Assembly (NCBI GenBank): GCA_963693365.1
Contig: CAVNZM010000003.1
Location: 6,936,812-7,000,811, forward strand
DNA length: 64,000 nucleotides
Direction: 5' to 3'
From: Amoebidium appalachense
Taxonomy: Eukaryota; Protista; Ichthyosporea
A program made the translations under genes and the position numbers. The notes below the pieces were generated by a model. It worked only from the letters and a program-made list of their open reading frames with translations. It did not search any database and was not told the DNA's origin. Of the stretch, positions 1-13,200 are shown piece after piece; the stretch's first letter is position 1, and each line of letters starts with the position of its first letter.

Positions 1-462
1 ACTCGCCGTGCCCGTTATGTTGCCGTTCTTGTATACCAGCCCCTTCTTCACGCTAATCTCGTCCCAGCCCATCTTAACAAGGTTGGTACCTTGCCCCAGA
101 TACGCGCTTGCACGTAAATTCATGTAGGTTTGATTGGGGGCTTTAAAACCAGTGACCAATGACCGATCGACGGAAGGGAATAACGACTTCATGTATGAGG
201 GCTCCGGTAGGATGAGGGGGGTGCCACCCGTGGTCGATCTCCATTCGTGCAAGTGCCATGTAGGCATTCCGGGATTTGCTAAATATAGCATCGGCAACCT
301 GTATCCCAAGGAGGGGTATGTTATTAAGTGTTTGGTAAAAATCCTTAGTAAGAATCATAATAGCTTCGTACATTTTGTGCATATATATAGGCCGGTGTTT
401 TTTTTGTTTTTGTTTTTTGTTTTTTTTTTGTTTGTTTGTTTTTTTTTGTTTTTTTTGTGGGG

Positions 463-496
<34 letters not shown>

Positions 497-1817
497 GCAC
501 TGACCATCAGTGTTACCGGCTCGTAGCGTCGCATTCTCACGTGCTCCTCTGACACCATTCAAAGTTTGCAGTGAAACTTGATTGGCCAAGAACCGGAAAG
601 AGGTGGCTTTGGCATTGTCGCTGGGGGAGGTTGACTCAGCAAGGTTATCTGCAGCCCGCTCGAGGATATCCAACGCAAACAACACGGGCTTATCACCAAC
701 CAAAGTGCGCTCGGCGGTTGCCAACAACTCATCCACGTCGACAGAATCGGGTTGTGGTGTGGACGGGAGGGGTGTCTGCTGCTGTGCAACTTGTTCCACC
801 CGTTGTAATAGTGTGTGTAATTCCGACCATCTCGTGACCCAACCATCTGCAAGGTGCTGGAGTAGAAAGGGTGTGGTACTTAACAAATTGGCGGTGGTAA
901 GGGGTTGCGCTGGCGGGGAGGCGGGTAGGAGGGCAAAGGCTACGTAGTGACCATCGGATGTGAAATGGACATGACCGGCTAGTATGGGGAAAGGGAGCGT
1001 CCCGTTTTCGGTTTCCTTAATTTTCGCGTGGGTTTGAACACAAAAACTCAACGCCACACCGATTGTGGTCTTATGGGCTGACCAGCCCGGATGGTGTAGA
1101 ATTGCTTGGCACACGGCATCAATGAAGTTAGTGTCTGCAAACCTAATTTGGTCTGCAAGGACACGAGCATACTCCTGCTCGAGCATAAGACGCTTGCTTC
1201 GCTCCTCTGCCTCTCGTTCGCTAAGTTCCCGTGCACGTTTCTGCTGCGCTTCACGCTTACGTGCGTCTTTCTCCGCTCGTAACTGTTGCTTGCGCTCCTC
1301 CTCCGCCAACCGTAGTATAGCGGCTTCTGCCTCGATTCTGTGTGCCTCCCTTTTCGCTGCTGCCTTTCTTACGTTTATGCTCCTTTCACCTATTACGATG
1401 GTTTTAGTTGGGTCCTTAGGGTCAGAGAAGATGCGAGGGGGTGATGGGTGGGTCGGAGTTGGGATCGCGAGAGAAGATCGCTTGCTTAAGGGGCCGGTTC
1501 CCTCGCGTTGGATCACAGGACCCCTTGGGAAAATAGTCTGCGTCAACGAAATGCTTGACGCAGACGTGAGGCCTACCATCTTTGTATGTTTCAAAGAAGC
1601 ATGCCTTGCTACCCCATACATCCCCTGCCTGAAGGCAACTTTCATACCACAACTGCCACAGCTCTGGCTGCTTTTCCGGGTCGGGAATCCTAAAAGTAGA
1701 AACGGTAATGCTCTGGCCGACACCGGCTTGCGGGTTTACATTTTCCTTACCCCTGTCCTTTCGAGTCTCACTAGCATAGTTACTCTTACAGTTGTATACA
1801 GTGCACTTGTTCCCCAT
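1..1817 (-). mobile_element. THAP-domain P-element-superfamily transposase gene, frameshifted (probable pseudogene), continues beyond window start
   Basis: ORF 1422-1817 has the THAP C2CH signature (CTVYNC...FRIP...W...VCVKHF), and the AVPT-like motif LAIPT lies in the adjacent frame. After a coiled-coil linker, splicing a GT-AG intron at 299-504 gives RRYEPVTLM|VADAIFSKSRNAY. Another frame then gives LILPEPS...TGF and LVKMGWDEISVKKGLVYKNGNITG (Asp codon at 61-63). These resemble the P-element/THAP9 RRY...SxxAY...LPS and first catalytic DE motifs. Three net +1 frameshifts (~1480, ~533-558, ~225-256). Confidence 0.8.
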
Positions 1818-3960
1818 GATCTCTAAAGCGGAAACTAACCATCCCTAAAAAGATACAACGCCAGGGCATGGGCATATTGCCCATCCAGGTGCCACAGCAA
1901 CCGTAGGTGTCTTTGCGAGGGCAGTGTTCAAACAGTACACCTACGTACGGCGGTTTTTCCGGGGGTGCGGCCGCATAAACAGACCGGCGATCGGCCGCAC
2001 TCTTGTAGGTCTAAATCACCAATCGGCCGAGCCGAAAGAGAGGTTAAACGTCAAATAAAAATTGATGAAATTTAACTCGTTTGTAGATCACGTTGCTGCC
2101 GAAGGCGAATAAATCTGTGGAGAACATTTTCCCGCCATTTTAGTAGGCCGCACCACCCCCGAGACCAAAAATCTTGCGCAAACAAATGAGCAAATTCCGA
2201 TGACGTCACGTTAGACGGCCTGGTGTTTCTAGATGGCCGTGGTATTTCCAGGATATCCGTACTCTGGATAGATTAGATAAACCTTCACGTTCGCCTCAAA
2301 CCCATTTTTTCTTACACTCTCGCGACCGCGTGCATGCTTTCTCTCGCGGCGGCTCTACGGTCCCGAGAGTCCAGTGTTCGCTGTGTGTGTAAGGAAAAAT
2401 ACGAGTCACCTCAGTAGGTGACAGCAATAAAACCGAGTCAAACGAGGAAAAAAAAAGAAATACCCCACCTTTCGCGAGGCCAAAATGGATGACGTCACAA
2501 AACTTCGGAAAATACCCGACTGTGAAACCCAAATGTCGAACCCTGAATGATGATCTAATTTATATTTTGCCCATTTCTCGATATTATTTGGCAGAGCCAA
2601 TCACCGCATTCCGAACTGGATTCCTGAGAATCCAGGCTAATCACCGCTATGCCACTTGGCCACGGTACGCGTTGACTGTTTTTTTCAGACACAGGGATAG
2701 GGAATTTCATTTTTTACACAACCTGTACATGTAACAGATTTCATATGTAGCCCCTGTCACGTAGAGCCTTTTTGCTCGTTCTTTTTACTCTTTCATTTGT
2801 CTATGTTCGCTCGCCAATTGGCCCAAGCCTAAGGAGTCGTATGTTTCTTCGAGTCATTTAGGTTCAAGCAAAACCCAAGATCTGTACCTGTAGTTGGAGC
2901 TCGAGTTTGTAGGGTAGAGCCTGAGCCGACAGCGTATGCTACACAAGGCATCTTCAGGATGCTTAATAGGTGTACAACACAGCCTGACATTCATAAACAC
3001 CAGTTTGGTCAACATTCCATGTACACGCACCATATACGCCACAACGCCACCCCTTAAAGGAGAGTTCCATACACGTGACCAGAGCAGGCAACCCTTCACA
3101 CCCATACATGACAGCCTAGAGCTAACAGGTCCCAACAGTTCCAAGCAATTAACTCAACCATCTTAACACTTCTCCTATTTCATCTCGAGGCCGTTTATCA
3201 CTCAGCACCCATTCAAGGCGACGCCTGTAGGGTTGTGGAGCAGGCAGGGGGGTGGGCATGGCGCCCCTCCTTGTGCCGGCAAGTGCCGATGGCAGAGGGT
3301 GTGTGGTGGAGAGGTCCCTCAGCTGTCTGTCTACGTCCTCGCTGACTGTATGTGCAGACACTCTCCTATAGCCCCTGTCTGTGTGTCTGTCTCCTTCCAT
3401 GCACAAGGTTATGCATCACCTTTAGATTCTTTTTAGCTCCTGTAGGTTTGCACGCAAACACCGGCCGAACGGTTCCGTGCTCATCACCTTCGTTCTCGGG
3501 GCCAACACCAGTCGCTCTCAGTGTTGCAGTAGGTTCTTTGGCTCAAGCTCACGAACAGCACTTTTGACCTTCCACTGATGCTCGTCACCTTGTTTCTCCA
3601 TGATGTATCTTATCCCGTATCAGAGGACCAGTTAGACAGGAGTGATCGGGGTTGGCCTTTCTGGATTGTTCTGCTTTGCTAGATTGTTTTACTAGATCTC
3701 GTTGGATTGTTTTTAAAGGTATTTAAACAGCAAAACTAACATGCACAGCATACCGATAACACGTCCATACGCCATGTCTCGCGCGCATCTTGCACAGCTC
3801 TACAACTGCACTTGCTAGTCAAAGAGGGCTTATGTATATATTAGGAGTTGCAGGGTGTATGAATATTTATTTTTACTTTGTGGGTTAGTGTGGGTTTTGG
3901 GGGAGAAAGGAGTGGGGAAAGGGGGCCGGGTGCTGTTGCATACTGACAGAAAGATATTGC

Positions 3961-4017
<57 letters not shown>

Positions 4018-4041
4018 ACGTGTGTGTGTGTGTGTGTGTGT

Positions 4042-4072
<31 letters not shown>

Positions 4073-4087
4073 TGTGTGTGTGGATAC

Positions 4088-4400
4088 ATGTGCTTCTATT
4101 GCCATGAAACTAACCCCAACTCACGACCCCTCCAGTGCAGCTACACCTCCAGCCCCCCCGACTGGGACTCAGTGACTGGTTCACCGCCCGTCTTGTACCA
4201 GGTAGCCTACCATTGAATTTCCCAACGTGCACACTCGGTGTGATATTTCGCATGCTTACAGTGTGTCCATACTTCTATGTACCGTAATGTGTCCCCCGTT
4301 CTTCATTCAAAACCACCACCACCACCACTAAAGTGTTTATTCAAGTTTTAAGTTGTGTGTTTTTTTTGTTTTTTGTTTTTTTTGTTTTTTTGTGTGTGTG

Positions 4401-4437
<37 letters not shown>

Positions 4438-4516
4438 GTCCCCTAATGGACTCTTGAAGAAAAAGGAAAAAAGTCGGTTTTCCTGCTTCTTTCTTTCTTT
4501 CTTTCTTTCTTCTTTC

Positions 4517-4548
<32 letters not shown>

Positions 4549-4907
4549 TTAGGGGAGAGGGGGGGGGGGGGATGGGGGGGGGGGGGATGACTTTTTAGTG
4601 AAGATATGCTTTTTTGTTGTTTGCCAAATTGTTGTGCCACCATGCATGCGAAGGGTGTCCCAGCTTACTCAATAGCAATCGGAACCGACATAGTGTGCTC
4701 TGCGATTCCACCACGCACAGGTGAACAAGAAGGAGGGGGAAAGGTTTGAAGAAACAAATAGTGGGACATAGACTGGATGGGAGAAGAGAACACACTGCTT
4801 ATCTGGTACACCCTGATGTCTGTTCGGTAGTGGGCAAACACACTCTCACTGACTCACTCACTCACTCACTCACACTCACGTGCGTGCACACACACACAAC
4901 ACACGCA

Positions 4908-4972
<65 letters not shown>

Positions 4973-5241
4973 ACACACACACAGGATGACGAAGGCGATT
5001 TTGTAGACATACCCCTAGACAGACCACGGCTCACCATTCGGCAAGTAGCCACCTTAAGGGATGAGAAGGGCCAGGGAGGGAGGAGGGGGTCACTGGACTG
5101 GAGGGGGTGGGGGGACACATTGGCACTGCAGAGGAGAAAAACAGTGGCAGGTGGGTCGTGTGGCAATTTGTTTACTGGTAATAGGAAAGAATGGGATTGG
5201 GCGAAGATGGGGGGAGGGAGAGATTGTGTGGTTGGGGGGTC

Positions 5242-5281
<40 letters not shown>

Positions 5282-5354
5282 CGCGTGTGCGTGTGCGTGC
5301 GTGTGCATGCGTGAGCGCGTGTGCATGTGTGTGCGTGTGCATGCGTGCGTGCGG

Positions 5355-5418
<64 letters not shown>

Positions 5419-5711
5419 CCCTGTGCTCGGGGAGGAACAAAGTGCATAGAAGGGCCAGGCAAACACACAGCCGGCTTGTTGCAGCCTGAGAGCCACGCCT
5501 GTCTGTATGCTGACAAACTGTGCGCAAGAATAAGGGATGCACGTGTCTTTGTCCATGGAGGGGGGCACGGAGGGAAAGAGGGCGGGGGCGGTGGGGAGGG
5601 GACTATGAATGAGTAAGACAAAAGTCCGCAGATAGTGGCACATCCTGTACACTCCCCATTCTTCAAGCTGCCCCTAAACAGTTTGACACCCGCCCCCCCC
5701 CCCTCCCCCCC

Positions 5712-5755
<44 letters not shown>

Positions 5756-5786
5756 GAAAAAAAAGGAAAAGAAAAAGAAAAAAAAG

Positions 5787-5876
<90 letters not shown>

Positions 5877-6913
5877 CCTCTCCAGCAAGCAGATCCACCC
5901 CCTGACACCTACATTAACCCCACAGCACTTGGCCAAAGTTCCAGCCCCCCCCCGCAAGCATGCCCCTGACAAATTCCCCGCCCGTAATCCCCGTTAAACG
6001 ATGTGCAAGCGAAAACTTGCACGAAAAAACCCCCCTGGAGGCCACAACTTCCATGCCGAACCTGCACCGAGAGGAGAAAAAGCAACCACGAAAACGCGCA
6101 CACCGCACACACAGCCACACGGGATTTCTAAACATTCCTTTGGACACGCCAACACCACACACCCCACAGCACCACATGAGCGGGGGAAGATTAAGTGGTC
6201 AGGTGGTCGAAAAGAAACTTCATAGAGGGGGGAGGAAACATTTAGGAATGGGGCTATCACGGACCGCAACAGGGCTCTATGTTACGAGTGTGTGGGCACA
6301 GTGGCCCGCACACCAGGCAGGGTTGAGGTTTGGCGACCAAATCCTAAAAGTCGATGGAATCTCAATCGGCAAATTGGGAGTTAACGAGGTCCTGGCCGTC
6401 TTTGCAGGCAAACCCTCTGTCACCATACGCCTCATATCCCACCCCCTCGAACACACCGTGTCCGTCCCGCGATCGACCGGAAATCCGGAGCGTCTTGGTG
6501 TGACATTTATCGATGGTGTAATCGTGAAAATAGCACCCTACTCGCCTGTACGTGCGCTTGCATGCGATCTACTCCACCATGTGATTGTGAGCATCAACGG
6601 ACATACTGTTGTAGGCCTGCCTGACTGTGTGCTCGTGAGAAGATTCCAAGAGCCAGGGAATGTTGTGAGTTTTGGGGTGATGGCGTTGGCGCAATTTCAA
6701 CAACTAGTGCCCCTGGGAGGTGGTTACGGGCAGCTACAGCGCATGGCTTTATTGGATGTGATGTTGGCTAGGTGTGCGGCATTGGGCCATGACGTCACCA
6801 CGGCCACACCATCGCCGCATCTAAATTTGGCGCTCCAATTGCCTAAAATGGCAGGTGGGGAATGCGGAAGGAGGTGCAATGCGGGGCCGGTGAAGAGGTG
6901 GAACAGTAGGTGA
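4088..6913 (+). CDS. Syntenin-like tandem-PDZ protein; PDZ-coding exon ~5886/5945-6913, putative upstream exons 4088-4201 and 4985-5044
   Basis: ORF 5960-6913 contains two adjacent PDZ domains with syntenin-type motifs ([13 protein letters not shown]; [19 protein letters not shown]; [12 protein letters not shown]). The upstream exons are inferred from phase-0 GT/AG sites and are less certain. Confidence 0.75.
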
Positions 6914-7873
6914 GGAATGAAATCCCAGGCCGTGGTATGGGTTGAACTCCAACCAGCTAGTTTGCATATCTGATCCTCGAGTTACCAGGGGGAGGGGGGG
7001 GGGGGGGTCCTAAGAAGTTCGCCCTAGTAGAGTACTGTCGACTGTTTTGCAAAATGCAAGGAATGTATGTTATAGAATAGGCAAAGATTAGCAAAGAATA
7101 TTGATCAAGTGTACTAGGCACCGTATGGAATCTTGAAGAGCATTAACCATATATGGGAGTAGGAGATAGCCGGACTATCCACCCCACTGCATATCTCGCC
7201 ATGTACAGCAACGGAGCACTGTGCTTATCATGAATGCAAACAATGCAAGTGTAAACCAGGTTACTGTTAACGAAATCATCTGGGTGTTTCAGTAATTTCC
7301 GCATGGAATGATAAAACCCTCGGGCCTTCCACCCTAAATTTCTTGAATTTTCAGTGGGGGCCCAACATTGGCACCTGAAATGTATTAGAGATTTCGTGAC
7401 TGAAATATGAAACCATGTGTTTGAACAATGGTATGCATGTACATACGTGTGTCCAGAGAGGTCCAGAGTAGATTCGTATCATGCATGCTGATGCACATTG
7501 TATAAAAACGCCCATTTTCAAAGGCCACCGGATGCTGGCAAACAGAAATGACCCAATCGTATCCAACAAATGCTATCGGAGTAACACCACATCCAGTGAT
7601 ATGAGTGTCCGCGGCTTTATGTATTCGTGCGTGCCAGGGCCGGGCGGCGGTAGGCGTTGGCAGGGCGGATGGGGAGAATCAGTAGCTCCCCCCACCCCGG
7701 GCCCCCGGCCCCCCCCCCCCCCCCCCCGCGGTGACGTCGACCGTTCGTGTTTTGACCACGTGCATGCATGTGCTTAACGTGGGTGGTGGGTGGACCGGGG
7801 TGCGGGTGGGTGGGTTGCAGTTACTGTAACACGTTTACAGGGTGGGTTGTGTGTGTGTTGGGGGGGGGGGGGG

Positions 7874-7933
<60 letters not shown>

Positions 7934-9134
7934 AGGGGGGGAGGGGAGAGGGCCCTGGGGGGGCAATACATGACTGATACTAATAGCACCTGTGTGCCGG
8001 GATACCACGTGCACGTGTGTGCGCATGTGCGTGTGACATACGGGGGGGGGGGCTGGGGGGCAATTACACCAGCACCTGTACACGTGCACGTCCATGTACC
8101 GACAGGGGGCAGTGGGCCATGGGGGATCCGGAGGGGAAGGATTGTGTTGGCAAGTGCACCGCGACCGGGCGGCCGGTGCGGGGCACCGAGACTCGATAAC
8201 CGGAGCTTTATTGCGTAAACAAACTATTCATGCACACTGTGGTGCATGACCACCGGATCCTAATACGGCTCTCAATTTGGAGGTTTACACATGATTTATT
8301 GCTGTGGACGCTTTCAATTGATTGATTGAGGTGCACACATTACGTTGCATATACCGTCGCTAATTAAAACGTTCGGCACACCGTCCCCCCCCCCCTGCAC
8401 ACAAAAAAAAGGCACACCACGGCAGCATTTCACAACTGAGATCTGCAGGCCACACATTCACGTGCACTTGCCATTGCCATATCAGGCAACCACACCCACT
8501 ACACGCACACATGCCATTGCCATATCAGGAGTATCACACATCACACACTTATACATCATCACAATTACACGACATTTCGTCGCAAGCCATGCTCAGGTGC
8601 GCACATGTACACACATCATTTGCAACTTTTCGACACCACACACACCATATGTAGGTATACGTAATGCAACACAGTGCTCTGATTGGTCACATGTCAGTGC
8701 TATATTTCGTCATGGCCCACCAGTGGGCTCAGGGCCTACATACATGCCAACCAGTGCACCTGGCTAAAAATAGATTGTGTGCACGTGGCCTGATCTCATC
8801 CTCGTCCGACCTTCGCATGCACAATACGTCTTTACACCCCCTCGATTCTGTCGCCACAAAACATGTGTAGTGCAATATGTGTGGGTGTGTGTGTGCTATA
8901 TATACCATATACCACGTGTGCATGCACGTGCTTGTGTTTGTGCTTTTGCGCACCAATGCCTAGCGAAAGGACGCGCACGTGTATGCACATGTGTGTGCCA
9001 TAGTGCACGGGCATGTCAATGTGCGCGCATGTGTGATGCTATGCTAGTGCTAAAACCCGTATCGGGAATGTGCATATACACACCCCATATATACCCTTCC
9101 CCTCCCCAACCCACTCCCCTCGCTCCTGCACGGC

Positions 9135-9904
9135 TCAGAAAGCATAGTTGAACTTGTAATAATCGTCATCAAAGGTATGCAGTCTCACATACCCATCCTC
9201 ACCGCCGCTTGCAAAGCTACGCCCATCGGGGTGGAAAGCCACCGTGTTGATGGGCCCAAAGTGGCCCCTCACACGGCCAATCTCGCTCTCGAACACCAAG
9301 TGGAAGAAGCGCACCTCGAACTTTCCTACACGTGTGGATGTGGTTGTGACGTTCATGGCCTCCTGACCACCCCCCAGAATCACGTGGTCCCTGATGGGGG
9401 AGACAGCGGCACTGTTGACGTTTGTGTTTGTCTTGAAGGTTTTGAGCACACAGAAGTCACGAGCATCCCAAAGCTTGGCCGTCGAGTCCTGTGAAGTGTA
9501 GATCCATGTGAGCATAGTGCGGACTTGCACCTGAACCCCCCCCCCCCCCCCCCCCCCCCCTCTCAAACCAAAAAAAGAAATATAAAAAAGGAAGGGAGAA
9601 AAAAAACCTTCCAAGCAAGGAAAAACATCAACACAGACGCAGACGCAGACACACACCACCACCACCACACAAAACCACATCAGGAAAAAGCCCCAAAAAC
9701 CAGGCGAACAAAGGCGGAGAGGAAGGGGTGAAATGCTGGTGAAAAGGGAATGAGGGAAGTGAGCCCGGGTGGGAGGTTGAGGAATGGATGTGGTGTCAGT
9801 GTGTGTGCTTGTGCGTGCGTGCGTGTGTGTGTGTGTGTGTGTTTGCTTGGCTGTGTATGTGTGTGTATGTAATTTGGCCGAGTGAGTGAGGGTGAGGGTG
9901 AGTG

Positions 9905-9950
<46 letters not shown>

Positions 9951-11917
9951 AGTGAGAGAGTGAGAGAGAGAGAGAGAGTGTGTGTGTGTGTGGGTGCGTA
10001 CACCTGTTGGCTATGTGCATGCACGTCTGACGAGGTAATGGGGGTCCTGGCACCGACTGCCCCATCATCTCAAAGGGTATGCGCACGTGCATGCATATCC
10101 CCATCAACCTACATCATGGGCACACACAAAGAGATTGCATGCATAGATGCATCCACATGCACAAACAAAGGCTCAAACCCCGAACGTACAAATGCAAGCA
10201 GAACACAGATGAATGAAAAGCAAAATGAAAACACGCGCACAAAAAAGCACATATGCATCAACGAGCTTTAGAAATATACGCACGACCACGCGTGCCCCCC
10301 CCCCCCACACACACACACCCACGCACGTACCTTTGAAGCGGAGATAAGCATGCCCCGATCCTTGCTCAGCTGCAGGTCCATAATAGTGCCCTCATGCTCC
10401 TCCGTCTCCACCCCAATCAGCTGGCCTGTCTTGTATTCGTACCTCTTGACGTGCCCATTCTCGTGCCCGGTAAACACTACGTCATCGTAGCCGTCAATGA
10501 TCGCTGACGTCACCTGCAAACAGACCAATGTCAATAGGGGTACATCGGAACATGAAAAAAACAGGAGTACATAGAGCCACACAAATGACCCTATTGTGAT
10601 TTGACAATAAGTGCAGTGCATGGCGCGCACACACACAAATGCAAACATACAGACAGGCATACGGAAACACACATGATTGCATGCAGCACGACATGAACGG
10701 CAGCCCACGAACTCAATGTGTGTCCGCCCCTCCCCCCCCCCCCCCCCAGAAAAAAAACAACACCACCCCTCCCACAGTTGCTACCCCCCCCCCCCCCCCC
10801 CAAAACACACACACACAAACACACACACCAGTTACCAACTAAAGACCTCCTAAATATAGAACACTCCTTCCGGAACCTAAACAGCCAGCCCCTCTATGAA
10901 TCCACAAAACAAACACCGAAGCAGCTTTTTGTAAGTCATCCTTACACCCACAGGCCCTGACACTACACATGGCACAGGCATTGCATGGCCATGCTGTTCT
11001 TGAGTGCACATGCACACATCGACACCCTCACTCCCCCCCCCCCCCCCCAAAAAAAAAAAAAAAAAAAAACATAAACCCCCATCCCCTCACACAGACACCA
11101 TCCCACCGCTCACCCAAACACCACTCCCTAGCATCTGCACACTCACAAGGGCGACACCTTCACGCCCACACTCCCCGTTTACGTGCACGTACCCCCCCCC
11201 ACGGCACACACACACCCCCCTTTGCCACCCACCATACCACATCCCACCACCACCACCACCCCGACCCCCCCACACACACATCTTACTGTAATTCGCTCCA
11301 CCCCCCCTCCCTTCCCCCCCCCAACCCCCAAAAAACCACACACACCATTCCCCCCACGCACCTTTGAGCCCTCGATCTCTATCTTCTGGTAGGGGCTGCT
11401 CGTCTTCAGCTGGCTGGGGTCTCTAAGGTCGAACCAGGCCATGGTGCAGGGCTTGCCCATGCGCTGGTCCGTGCTCAGCACAAGACCATGACCCCCGGCA
11501 TTGAAGTTGACCGTGCGCACGGCCGTGTCCGTGTTGATGGCATACAGCTGCTTGCCCGTCTCCGTGTCCCAGATCTGAAAGAGGAGGAGAGATGAGGAGT
11601 GAGATGGTGAGAGATGAACCAGGGATGAGATCATGAAGGAGGGCCAACGACACAAAAGAGGGTGAGAACATGAAAAAGAGATGAAATCACGAAAGAGGGA
11701 CGAGACGCCGAGGCTGGCCCAAAAAGACTGCGAGCCCGTCTGACTGTCCGTTACACGAGTGAACTTCAGAATTGTGGCTGACAACACACACCATTGCAGA
11801 ACGCATGCACGGGAAAAAACACCGAACAACAAGAGATGCAGAGGCACAAATTAGCCCAATTGCCGTGCAAACGTGTGGGCTGTGCAGGTGCAAACCCTCC
11901 CATGCTATGGCTTACCG

Positions 11918-11958
<41 letters not shown>

Positions 11959-12294
11959 TTGCGATCCAACATATCCCACTCGCACACAACTGCATCGGCT
12001 ATCCCAGCAGTCCTGCCCCCCCCACCCCCCACAGACCAAAAGAGAAAAAAGGAACGGCAAAAAACCGTCGTTTCATGAACCAAGAGCAGCACACAAACTA
12101 CTAAAAGCGCCCAGCAAACCCAGCAGATTACGCGAGTTCCAGACACAAAGCATCTTACCCCCCTCCCCCCCTCCTGTTGTCTCCTAACCCTGAAGTTTGT
12201 TATCCATTCACCCCCCCCCCCCCCCTCCCTTCCCCTGAAAATACACACACACACCATGATGCTCAAAACATACCATCACGCACACACAGCCTCT

Positions 12295-12332
<38 letters not shown>

Positions 12333-12974
12333 TCCCCCAAAAATATGGCCCTCAAACTGCAACGATCCCTCCATCCACTATCAACGTGTGCTTGCCACAT
12401 CTGGTGCACCATATAACCCAAACACTTTCAATCAAAAAACACTTCCTGTATCCAACTTCTCTAAAAATTGAACAGCAGCAAAAGGGAATGGTAAAGCCGA
12501 TCGAGGAAACGTTAGGCAGCAGGCCACGAGTTTTGGGGTCCATGCACTTTCTCCTCATTTACCCACCCACAAACGTGTACGAGGACAACGAATATGCACT
12601 GTGATAGTAGCTATGCATTTACGCGCAACAGAGCAAGGCGACTGCGGTTGTATCAAAAAAAACAGCGCCCCGTCCACCAGATAAAGCCTCGCGATCCAAA
12701 CCAGCCGCTGCATGTTCCTTCCACGCCCATGCCCTCAACATACCCTGGCAGTCAGATCGGCGGCACCAGAAACCACACGCGTCGTGTCGAAGCTCACATC
12801 GATGCACCAGCAGGCACCTGTGTGGCCATTCAAGGTGCCCAGCCGCTCTCCGTTGTGTGAGTGCCAAACATTGGGCTTGTTATCTTTGGCTACAGAGAAC
12901 AGAAGATCGCCCTGTCTGTTGTACTTAATCTGTGTGAGAGAGCGCTCGTGCCCGTGGAGAAGAATGGGCTTCAT
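9135..12974 (-). CDS. EIF3I: Eukaryotic translation initiation factor 3 subunit I (WD40); exons 12744-12974, 11362-11574, 10331-10513, 9135-9488; 326 aa
   Basis: [27 protein letters not shown] start and [12 protein letters not shown]...[36 protein letters not shown] end are diagnostic. All three introns are GT-AG, phase 0. The spliced CDS is 981 nt. Confidence 0.97.
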
Positions 12975-13079
12975 GGTGCGTGTGTAAAGGGCGCTACGGC
13001 CTACAATATCCTACTCTTTTCTAGGTGGTAAAAGAGAGGGCAGACAGGTTGGCTGTGTACGCGTGTGTGTCTTGGCAAC

Positions 13080-13200
13080 ACAGACAGATGTCACCGCCAG
13101 GCGCCAAATCCACACGTGACATGTGACGTCAGTGATTTAAATTCGACTCGGGTCAGAACTCGAGTCAGGGCCAATCCGAATCGATCAAAAAATCGATCCG
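13080..13200. promoter_or_regulatory. Putative eIF3i proximal promoter
   Basis: Repeat-free segment immediately upstream of the eIF3i ATG with clustered CACGTG (~13113), TGACGTCA (~13124) and GGCCAATC (~13170) motifs. Confidence 0.45.

Noticed and set aside
1065-1826. 253-aa plus-strand ORF
   Set aside because: Antisense shadow of the transposase coiled-coil region with no recognisable domain.
4721-4743. Extra micro-exon of the PDZ gene (CAG|GTGAACAAGAAGGAGGGGGAAAG|GT)
   Set aside because: Phase-incompatible with the next putative exon, and it would introduce a stop.
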